From an uncultured Bacilli bacterium (lineage in GTDB: Bacteria; Bacillota_I; Bacilli_A; RF39; UBA660): 64,000 bases of DNA. Positions 37,969 through 45,689 of the stretch are shown in pieces. The notes beneath the pieces are model-generated. The model was not told the origin of the DNA, searched no databases, and saw only the letters and a program-made list of their open reading frames with translations. The DNA lies in NCBI GenBank assembly GCA_934149245.1, contig CAKPER010000005.1, positions 367 to 64,366 of the forward strand, read 5' to 3'. The position numbers and the translations under genes were made by a program. Each line of letters opens with the position of its first letter. The stretch's first letter is position 1.

Positions 37969-38007
37969 TTAGTTTAATTTGATGAAAAAAGTCCTAAATT
38001 AAACTAA
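37969..38007. promoter_or_regulatory. 12-bp perfect inverted repeat, candidate XRE operator or 5'-UTR hairpin
   Basis: ttagtttaattt (37969-37980) and aaattaaactaa (37996-38007), separated by 15 nt. Lies between the candidate promoter and the XRE start. Confidence 0.45.
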
Positions 38008-38059
38008 ATAACTTATTAACAAATGGTATTAAAAATATTATGTAAGTGAGGTAGTAGAT

Positions 38060-38413
38060 ATGTTAATTGGAAAAAGAATTAAAGAATTGAGATTAGAAAG
38101 AAAAATGAGTCAACAAGAATTAGGTGATATGATTGGTGTGACTAAAGTCTCTATTTGTGGATATGAAAACGGAACAAGAACTCCAAGCTTAGAAACATTT
38201 TGTATGATGGCAGATATTTTTGAAACAACAACAGATTATTTGTTGGGTAGAGAAGTACCAGTTATAACAGAGGATGGAAGCGAATACTTAGGAGCAGTTT
38301 CAAGAGATGATATTGATATTATTGCTGAAATAAAACACTATCCAACATTGTATGCTAAATTAATAAAAGATGTAAAAAGATATGTAAGTTTAATTGTTAA
38401 AAAAATGAGATAA
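38060..38413 (+). CDS. XRE-family helix-turn-helix transcriptional regulator
   Basis: IGKRIKELRLERKMSQQELGDMIGVTKVSICGYENGTRTPSLETFCMMADIFETTTDYLLG. Confidence 0.85.
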   Translation: MLIGKRIKELRLERKMSQQELGDMIGVTKVSICGYENGTRTPSLETFCMMADIFETTTDYLLGREVPVITEDGSEYLGAVSRDDIDIIAEIKHYPTLYAKLIKDVKRYVSLIVKKMR

Positions 38414-38507
38414 TGCTAATAATGGCAGTATTTCATTTTTTTTGGAAAAAATTGGCAATATTAATATTTTATTTTTTGTACATATTAATAATGATTGGAG
38501 GGAAGAA

Positions 38508-39152
38508 ATGAAAAAAATATTAATATTCTTAAGCATATTATTTTTAATATCAGGTTGTGGTAGTAATAAAACATTAACTTGTAAAGCTAAAAATACAGCT
38601 AATGGCATGGATACTAATATTGATTATAAAGCAGAATACAAGGATAAAAATTTAAAGTATGTAACTATTACATATGATTATTTAAAAAATGATAATAATG
38701 AAACAACTGGAACTGTAACAACAACAACTCAAACAACCAATGGTACCACAACTACAACTACAACAAACCAGTCAACTACAACTAATGATAAAGATGGTAT
38801 TAATGCTGATAGTGATGGAATTACTAATAATAAGTCTAATAAAAATACTACATCTGATGATGTTGTAGATGGATTAGTTGGAGATACAATAGATGGTGCA
38901 GTAGATGGTGTAACAAATACTATATTAGATTTATCTGGCATTAAAGATAAATATGAGAACCAGATTACAACTTATGATGGAATAGAAGGTTTTTCATATA
39001 AAATAGATACTGATAATGATAATGAGTATAAAGTTGTATATAAGATTGATATGGATAAAATAAGTGATTCAGATTTAGCTAGATTTAATATTGACAGAGA
39101 TGTTGATAAATTTAGAAATAATTATGAAGATTTAGGCTATACATGTAAATAA
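38508..39152 (+). CDS. Lipoprotein with Thr-rich linker
   Basis: GGAGGGA RBS before the ATG at 38508. Lipobox MKKILIFLSILFLISGCGSN. Low-complexity TGTVTTTTQTTNGTTTTTTTNQSTTTN. Confidence 0.75.
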   Translation: MKKILIFLSILFLISGCGSNKTLTCKAKNTANGMDTNIDYKAEYKDKNLKYVTITYDYLKNDNNETTGTVTTTTQTTNGTTTTTTTNQSTTTNDKDGINADSDGITNNKSNKNTTSDDVVDGLVGDTIDGAVDGVTNTILDLSGIKDKYENQITTYDGIEGFSYKIDTDNDNEYKVVYKIDMDKISDSDLARFNIDRDVDKFRNNYEDLGYTCK

Positions 39153-39180
39153 AAGAAAGCAAAATTTGATGCTTTCTTTT
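39152..39180. terminator. Bidirectional terminator between convergent lipoprotein and ponA genes
   Basis: Stem aaagaaagc/gctttcttt with a 10-nt loop, A-run on one side and T-run on the other. Confidence 0.55.
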
Positions 39181-41932
39181 ATGGTTGATTAAGGTTAATT
39201 GTTTTAGTAGTAGAATTATCTGTTTTTCCTTGATATTTGACAGTGTAAGATATTCTATAACTACCAGGAGTAGTAATAGCATTAATTAATGTTTCTAGTT
39301 CTGATATAGATTTAAATGTTTGACTAATACTAGAACCACTTATACTTCCGCTTATTTCACATTTACTTGTTACATCATTACCATTATATTTAACATTAAG
39401 ACTATCATGGTAGTCTCCAAGACTAAATGATGTCGAACCACCACTAGTAATTTTTAATCCATCATTACTACTATCATCTTCATTAGTAACACTACCACCA
39501 CTAGCAACAGCTTTAACCGAAACACCATTAGAAGCATTATTTTTAAAGCTTCGATATTCTGCTTTTACAACAATATTTAGATTTCCAGCATTAGGAGATT
39601 TGTAAGTATAGGTTTTATCAGTTGTAAAAGCAACTTCGTTACCATTAATGTAGATTCCATATCCAAATCCTCCTAATGTACTATTATTATATGCTTTTCT
39701 TTCTGAAACAAAAGTAGCTGTGCTTTTACCAAATACTGATTGTGAAAAATATTTATTTAAATAATCATCTGATATTACTTGAGGAGTATCAGCATCCCAA
39801 GTTAATTTAATACCAGAAGATGTATTAGATGCTTTTAAATTTTTTACATCATCTAATTTAGAAAATCTATTAGAAGTTGCAGTAGGTTCAGCACCCTTTA
39901 TAAAGTATTCACTCTTGACTAAATCTGATGGAGTGTATTCACTAGGCTTTTGAGCAGGCCAAGAGCCATACTCAACTTCAGATTTTACAACAGATGATGG
40001 TTGTTTAAATTCTTCTTTAGTAACAGGAATATTTTTCATTATAGCAGACATTAAATTATCTTTATAACTAGATGAAACATTATAATATTGACTTGATACT
40101 TCATCATATCCATACCAAAGAGAGATAGAGTATTGAGGTGTATAAGCAACTGACCATAAATCATTAACAGCACTACTTGGCAAGTGATATTTTTGAATAA
40201 CTTTTTCTGTATAGTTAGAAGTACCAGTTTTTACAGCAACAGTACCAGAATAGCTACCAGTACCACCACTAAATCCATAATGAGCAGCATATTCCAAAAT
40301 ATTAGTAATTAAATAAGCAGTAGAGTCTTTCATAGTTTGTTTTCTTTTTGACTCAAACTTTTCTGTTTTACCATTACTTCTATATGTAATTGATTTAACT
40401 GTATAAGGATCAGTGTAGTAACCACCATTAGCAAAAGCAGCATAAGCAGCAGCCATTTGAACTGTATTAACTCCTTCATCTAATCCACCAATAGCATAAG
40501 ATTCATATGCTACATTATTTTTTAATTTTATTCCAAGATTTTCTACAAATTCAACTATCTTTTTATTTCCAACATCTTTTTGAACTGTTTGTAAGGATTT
40601 TACAGCTGGAACATTTCTTGAAACACTAAGGGCATCTCTTAAAGTCATTAATCCTTTATAACCTTTATCCCAGTTTCCAAGTTCGGTACCATCTGAATAA
40701 GACCATGATTCATCAGTAAATAGTTGATAAGTAGAGAAGTTATCATATTCAAAACCAGGGCCATATGCAAATATAGGTTTTGCTGTTGAACCAGGTTGTC
40801 TATATGCTTGAGTGGCATAGTTAAATGTTCTTTCACCAACTCTATTTCTTCCAGCTCCAATAGCAGTTATAGCACCTGTTTTAACATCTACAACAGTAAG
40901 ACCTGCTTGAACTTTATCATCTCGCCATTTATAGCCATTACCTGCAAGAACACTATTTATTCCTTCTTGAATTTTAGGATCCATTGTAGTATGAATTTCC
41001 ATAGATACTAAATAAGGATCATTCTTTGTTTTCTTTTTAACTTCTGATACAACAGTATCAATAAATCCTTGATAATTATTAGAATCACTAGTACCAGATA
41101 ATAAACTTTTAACATCAATAGCATTAGCAATATCAGCTTCTTTTTGAGTAATATATCCATGTCTAACCATCAATTTAAGTACCGTTTTCATTCTAGCTTG
41201 AGCTCTATCTGGATTGTTATATGGATTGTATCCATTAGGAGATTGGAATAATCCAGCAATTAGAGCAGCTTCTGGCAAGCTAAGTTCTGATACACTTTTA
41301 CCAAAATAGTATTTAGAAGCTTCTTCAACGCCATAAACATTTCCTCCTAATAAGCTATCATTAACATAAAATTCCATTATTTCTTCTTTTGTATACTTCT
41401 TTTCCATAAAGAATACAGATAAATATACATCCTTAAATTTTCTGACAATGGTTTGATCAGTAGAGGTTAAGTTATTTTTAACTACCTGCATTGTTAAGGT
41501 TGACGCTCCACCAGCACTGCTATTTCCTAACACTTGTCCTACTGATGCTTTTAGAAATCTTGCTCCATCAACACCATTGTGTTGAAAAAATCTAGAATCT
41601 TCTGTTGCAATAATAGCATCAATTAACACTTGAGGTAAATCATTATACTTAACCGATTCACGCCTTTCATTTCCTAGTGACGCTATTACTTTATCATTAT
41701 TATCATAAATTATAGTTTGATCTTGATTAGCAAGAGCATTAGGATCAAATTGTCCAGTAGTAGCAACTATATAGAGTAGAAACCCAAAAACACTAAAAAT
41801 ACCACAGGCACCTAACGCTATAAAGACAGTAAGAACTTTTTTCCAAAGTTTTCTTTTATTTTTAATGTTCTTTTTCTTAGAAGTTGTTCTTCCTCTTCTA
41901 TTAGGCACACTCTTTCTTTTTTTCTTTTTCAT
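39179..41932 (-). CDS. ponA: Class A penicillin-binding protein 1A (transglycosylase/transpeptidase) with long C-terminal extension
   Basis: GT51 motif EDSRFFQHNGVD. Transpeptidase motifs GSTAKP (SxxK), SVSRN (SxN) and VKTGTS (KTG). recU lies immediately upstream, as in Bacillus. Confidence 0.9.
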   Translation of the reverse strand: MKKKKRKSVPNRRGRTTSKKKNIKNKRKLWKKVLTVFIALGACGIFSVFGFLLYIVATTGQFDPNALANQDQTIIYDNNDKVIASLGNERRESVKYNDLPQVLIDAIIATEDSRFFQHNGVDGARFLKASVGQVLGNSSAGGASTLTMQVVKNNLTSTDQTIVRKFKDVYLSVFFMEKKYTKEEIMEFYVNDSLLGGNVYGVEEASKYYFGKSVSELSLPEAALIAGLFQSPNGYNPYNNPDRAQARMKTVLKLMVRHGYITQKEADIANAIDVKSLLSGTSDSNNYQGFIDTVVSEVKKKTKNDPYLVSMEIHTTMDPKIQEGINSVLAGNGYKWRDDKVQAGLTVVDVKTGAITAIGAGRNRVGERTFNYATQAYRQPGSTAKPIFAYGPGFEYDNFSTYQLFTDESWSYSDGTELGNWDKGYKGLMTLRDALSVSRNVPAVKSLQTVQKDVGNKKIVEFVENLGIKLKNNVAYESYAIGGLDEGVNTVQMAAAYAAFANGGYYTDPYTVKSITYRSNGKTEKFESKRKQTMKDSTAYLITNILEYAAHYGFSGGTGSYSGTVAVKTGTSNYTEKVIQKYHLPSSAVNDLWSVAYTPQYSISLWYGYDEVSSQYYNVSSSYKDNLMSAIMKNIPVTKEEFKQPSSVVKSEVEYGSWPAQKPSEYTPSDLVKSEYFIKGAEPTATSNRFSKLDDVKNLKASNTSSGIKLTWDADTPQVISDDYLNKYFSQSVFGKSTATFVSERKAYNNSTLGGFGYGIYINGNEVAFTTDKTYTYKSPNAGNLNIVVKAEYRSFKNNASNGVSVKAVASGGSVTNEDDSSNDGLKITSGGSTSFSLGDYHDSLNVKYNGNDVTSKCEISGSISGSSISQTFKSISELETLINAITTPGSYRISYTVKYQGKTDNSTTKTINLNQP

Positions 41933-41934
41933 TT

Positions 41935-42480
41935 TTAATCAACATCCTTTACCATGATTTTATCAATTATACTAATATAATCGAGTCTTGGAATATATTT
42001 TAATTCTACTAAAAAACCATTCTTTCTAAAGTAATCTATAGGAATAGATTTTCTATCATTACTCTCTATAAAGTTAAATAATTCCCTCCCTAACAATATA
42101 TATGTTTCATTTATCTTTGTAAATCTTACAATAAGAAAAGTAATTCCTCCAAAATATATAACTTTCTTCATATGTTCTAGTTGATGTTTATGTATATTAG
42201 CAATAGGGAAGCTAGTATTACTTTGAGTTTCTTTAGCATCAAATTCTAAATACTTTCCTTTATATATCCCATTGTAATCTAGAGTAGATGGCTCATTAAA
42301 ATAAGCTTCTTTAATAACATTTTTAGGATATTCTACTTTTACAACTTTTATGGGAGTAGGTTTTTTATAGATTAAAGCAATATTATGATCTAAATAATAT
42401 TTATTACTTTGATTGATGTCTCTTTCTAACATCATTCCTCTATTAGCATATGTATTAGTTTTAAAATATTTATAAATCAT
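41935..42480 (-). CDS. recU: Holliday junction resolvase RecU
   Basis: YANRGMMLERDINQSNKYYL...IYKKPTPIKVV...TLDYNGIYKGKYLEFDAKET is near-collinear with B. subtilis RecU. Confidence 0.92.
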   Translation of the reverse strand: MIYKYFKTNTYANRGMMLERDINQSNKYYLDHNIALIYKKPTPIKVVKVEYPKNVIKEAYFNEPSTLDYNGIYKGKYLEFDAKETQSNTSFPIANIHKHQLEHMKKVIYFGGITFLIVRFTKINETYILLGRELFNFIESNDRKSIPIDYFRKNGFLVELKYIPRLDYISIIDKIMVKDVD

Positions 42481-42605
42481 AATACCACCTTTAGCTAATT
42501 ATACTATAAATAAATCTATTTTACTACTAAATATATTCATTATTTTCTTTTTATGTCTAGGAAGTGTAAAGTAGTAAATAGAGTGTAAAAGACATAATAT
42601 ATAAT

Positions 42606-43298
42606 ATGAAAAAATTACCTAAATTAGTAACCATAATGCTATATATAGTAGGAATTACTTTTATATTATCTTTAATAATAATAAGATATTTTTCTACTAA
42701 GTTAGAACCAGCTTTAAAATATTATTTGTCAACTGAAGTAAAGAGAGTATTATCCCTAGTTATAAATGATACAATATCTAATACAACAAATAATATAGAT
42801 ATAAATAATATAATAGTTACTAACAATAATTCAAACACTATAGATATAAATACAAAATATGTAAACCAAATTTTATCTAATATAAATAAAGATATAGAAA
42901 AAAATTTAAGATTAATAGAGGCTGGTAAAATAAATAATTTAAAGAAATATTTTTCTAGTTTATCTGATATAGATTATGAAGAATTAAAGGGAGGCGTTAT
43001 ATATTATATATCTTCTGGTAATATCTCTGGAAATATTCTTACTAATAATATAGGACCTAAGATACCAATAAAATTTGCAATGGCAGGTCATGTTACTAGT
43101 AAGATAGATAGTAATATACGGGAATATGGTATTAATAATGCCTTATTAGAGATAAATGTAAATGTTTCTGTTAATATGAATGTAAATATTCCCTTTGTAA
43201 CAAAAGAAGTAAAGGTAGAAACATCTATGCCATTAATTATAAAAGTAGTAGAGGGAGAGATACCAGATTATTATTTAACTAATAGTAAAAATAAATAA
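42606..43298 (+). CDS. yunB: Sporulation protein YunB
   Basis: N-terminal TM. C-terminus GPKIPIKFAMAGHVTSKIDSNIREYGINNALLEINVNVSVNMNVNIPFVTKEVKVETSMPLIIKVVEGEIPDYY follows the YunB family pattern. Confidence 0.7.
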   Translation: MKKLPKLVTIMLYIVGITFILSLIIIRYFSTKLEPALKYYLSTEVKRVLSLVINDTISNTTNNIDINNIIVTNNNSNTIDINTKYVNQILSNINKDIEKNLRLIEAGKINNLKKYFSSLSDIDYEELKGGVIYYISSGNISGNILTNNIGPKIPIKFAMAGHVTSKIDSNIREYGINNALLEINVNVSVNMNVNIPFVTKEVKVETSMPLIIKVVEGEIPDYYLTNSKNK

Positions 43299-43353
43299 GT
43301 TTAATTCTTAATTTTTCATCTAAGAATATAGGCTTATTTTTTTATGTTTTTTC

Positions 43354-43382
43354 TTGACATCCTTAGGACAAAATTATAAAAT
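43354..43382 (+). promoter_or_regulatory. Candidate sigma-A promoter of the first variable-protein gene
   Basis: TTGACA, a 17-nt spacer, then TAAAAT, about 58 nt upstream of the ATG. Confidence 0.45.
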
Positions 43383-43440
43383 TATTATAATAGTAGATGT
43401 TAAATTACTTTACAAGAAAATATAAGGATAGTGATAATTT

Positions 43441-44418
43441 ATGAAGAATAGTAGAAAAATTAAAAATACTATTAGATTCTTAATAGGTCTAACTTTAGGT
43501 ATAATAGTATCAGCTATAGGAGTATATGCTGCTACTAAGTATGATGCTAGTGATGTATATTATGATAATTCTAATAGTAGTTTAATGAATATAGATGTTC
43601 AAGGAGCAGTAGATGAATTAGCTGATAAATATAAAAGTGTAATGCCAACTAAATGTCCTAATGGTTACCTTTGTTTAGATAAGAAAACATCTTTAGCTTT
43701 AGGAGATTATGTAAAGATGACACCTACTAAGTCATCTTATACAACAGATAAATCTAAAACTGGATATGATAGTACACAAACTATTAATCCTAAAGAATTA
43801 AATTTATGGAGAGTAATATCTCTAAATAGTGATGGAACAGTAGATATAGTAAGTGAACATGTATCATCAACGACGATATTTTTTCAAGGACAAACAGGAT
43901 ATCAAAATTTAGTCGGATATTTAAATTTACTAGCAAGTCAGTATGAGAATAGTAAATATACAAAAAGCTCAAGGCATTTTGGCTATAATGGCCAGACTGA
44001 ATATATAACAGATACATCTAAATTTACTAACCCAGCTCCTTGGGAATGTGATACAGGAGATAGTTGTAACCCGGTTGAAAGCCAAGGCGGAGGAGATGAA
44101 TTATATGCTAAAGATTATAATTTGGTGAGGAGTGTGTTAGATACACCAGTAGCAAGTAAACCAGATGGCACAAATTATTATTATTGGATTGCATCTCGCT
44201 ATTATCGCTATTATTCCACTACCAACTATGACTGGAAGGGTCGGTGTGTGGACTCGTCGGGTAGCGTTTGCAGCAGCAACCTGTATTTCTATTATAGTTC
44301 GAGTTTCAACTCCAGCAGCGATAGCCGCTCTCTTCGCCCAGTACTGACTCTGAAATCTGGGCTCAAGTATTCAGGAGTTGGTACAGAGGATTATCCTATG
44401 GAAATACAGGGGAGTTGA
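43441..44418 (+). CDS. Membrane-anchored surface protein, paralogue 1, with DGR-type variable C-terminal domain
   Basis: N-terminal signal anchor FLIGLTLGIIVSAIGVYAA. Motif ASDVYYDNSNSSL..IDVQGAVDEL. C-terminus YYYWIASRYY...SLRPVLTLKSG, encoded by a GC-rich block. About 80-85% nt identity to paralogue 2 outside that block (by eye). Confidence 0.8.
   Translation: MKNSRKIKNTIRFLIGLTLGIIVSAIGVYAATKYDASDVYYDNSNSSLMNIDVQGAVDELADKYKSVMPTKCPNGYLCLDKKTSLALGDYVKMTPTKSSYTTDKSKTGYDSTQTINPKELNLWRVISLNSDGTVDIVSEHVSSTTIFFQGQTGYQNLVGYLNLLASQYENSKYTKSSRHFGYNGQTEYITDTSKFTNPAPWECDTGDSCNPVESQGGGDELYAKDYNLVRSVLDTPVASKPDGTNYYYWIASRYYRYYSTTNYDWKGRCVDSSGSVCSSNLYFYYSSSFNSSSDSRSLRPVLTLKSGLKYSGVGTEDYPMEIQGS
44206..44341 (+). 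other. Candidate DGR variable repeat VR1
   Basis: 136-nt GC-rich block. Differs from 45303-45438 at about 37 positions, concentrated on codon positions 1-2 of about 24 codons. The scaffold is otherwise identical (hand alignment). Confidence 0.6.
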
Positions 44419-44543
44419 TGTAAAATGTTATAATTTCTTATTATGTAACTTAGATAGTATATACTTTAATGATTGTTAAATATATTTAATTTTAGATAGT
44501 TATTTATCTTCTTATATAAATTATAAAATAAATAGATAGGTAG

Positions 44544-45509
44544 GTGTTATATATAGTGATAAAAAATAAAAATAATTTAATAGTAGTAATAGGTTTTATT
44601 ATAGGTATTGTTATATCAGCAACAGGAGTATATGCTGCAACTATAATAGGAAAAGGTTCTGATCTTACATATAGTAATACTTCTAGTGGACTTTCTTCTA
44701 CTAATATACAAGGTAGTCTTGATGAACTTTATAAATATAAAGAAAATATTGATTGTCCAGAAGGCAAGATATGCTTGAAACAAAAAAATTCTTTGGCTTT
44801 AGGAGATTATGTAAAGATGACACCTACTAAGTCATCATATACTATTGACACTTCAAAGACTGGATATTATGTTACTTCTATTAATCCCCAGGAATTAAAC
44901 TTATGGCGTGTAATATCTCTAAATGATGATGGAACAGTTGATGTTATAAGTGAGCATGTATCATCAACAACAATATATTTTAAAGGACAAACTGGGTATC
45001 TTAATTTTGTTGGATATTTAAATGAATTAGCTAAACAATATGAAAATAGTACATATACAAAAGGTTCGAGATATTTTGGATATAATGGACAAACTGAATA
45101 TATAACTGATACATCAAAATTTACTAATCCAGCACCATGGACTTGTGATACAGGAGGTAGTTGCAATCCAGTTGAAAGCCAAGGTGGAGGAGATGAATTA
45201 TATACAAAAGATTATAATTTGGTGAAGAGTGTGTTGGGTACAGCAGGAGCAAGCAAACCAGATGGAACGGCATATTATTACTGGGTGGCATCTCGCTATT
45301 ATGACTATTCTTCCGCTACCGACTATCGCTGGGCTGGGCGGTATGTGGGCTCGGTGGGTGTCGTTTTCTACGGCAGCCTGTATAGCTATAGTGGTTCGAG
45401 TTTTAACTCCAACCTCACTGTCGGCTCTCTTCGCCCAATACTGACTCTGAAATCTGGGCTCAAGTATTCAGGCGTTGGTACAGAAGCATATCCTATGGAA
45501 ATACAGTGA
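44544..45509 (+). CDS. Membrane-anchored surface protein, paralogue 2, with DGR-type variable C-terminal domain
   Basis: Same architecture as paralogue 1. GTG start at 44544 or 44556. C-terminus YYYWVASRYY...SLRPILTLKSG. Confidence 0.8.
   Translation: MLYIVIKNKNNLIVVIGFIIGIVISATGVYAATIIGKGSDLTYSNTSSGLSSTNIQGSLDELYKYKENIDCPEGKICLKQKNSLALGDYVKMTPTKSSYTIDTSKTGYYVTSINPQELNLWRVISLNDDGTVDVISEHVSSTTIYFKGQTGYLNFVGYLNELAKQYENSTYTKGSRYFGYNGQTEYITDTSKFTNPAPWTCDTGGSCNPVESQGGGDELYTKDYNLVKSVLGTAGASKPDGTAYYYWVASRYYDYSSATDYRWAGRYVGSVGVVFYGSLYSYSGSSFNSNLTVGSLRPILTLKSGLKYSGVGTEAYPMEIQ
45303..45438 (+). other. Candidate DGR variable repeat VR2
   Basis: Counterpart of VR1. See the alignment in the findings. 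Confidence 0.6.
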
Positions 45510-45527
45510 AGTTGATGTGTAGTGGAT

Positions 45528-45562
45528 TATCCCCGAGGCCGCCTAAGGTGGCCTTGGGGATA
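45528..45562 (+). other. Long GC-rich hairpin 19 nt downstream of paralogue 2 (DGR target-site hairpin candidate and/or terminator)
   Basis: tatccccgaggccgcc-taa-ggtggccttggggata: a 16-bp stem with two G-T pairs. It is the most GC-rich short segment I saw in the window apart from the tRNA and the two variable repeats. No T-run follows. Confidence 0.7.
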
Positions 45563-45689
45563 CTGTTGAAAACTAAGAATAAAGCTATTCTTGTCATACC
45601 ATCTTATCTATAGTAAACACTTATGAAAATCTAACACAAATTAAATATTTTTTGCTATAATTAAATAATCAAGTTAAGAGGTGTTTGAG

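Noticed and set aside
44165-44347. + strand alternative-frame ORF (60 aa, ...AAATCISIIVRVSTPAAIAALFAQY) inside paralogue 1, and its twin at 45229..45444 inside paralogue 2
   Set aside because: Both lie wholly inside the longer, homologous reading frames. They exist only because the local GC-rich variable block is depleted of AT-rich stop codons. There is no RBS, and the main frame gives the conserved ...RP(V/I)LTLKSG ending.
43441-45680. Either of the two variable blocks being the DGR template repeat itself
   Set aside because: At many mismatched positions neither copy carries A (for example cgc/gac position 1, tcg/gtg, ttc/agc position 2). Both must therefore be variable repeats derived from a third, adenine-bearing template not present in this window.
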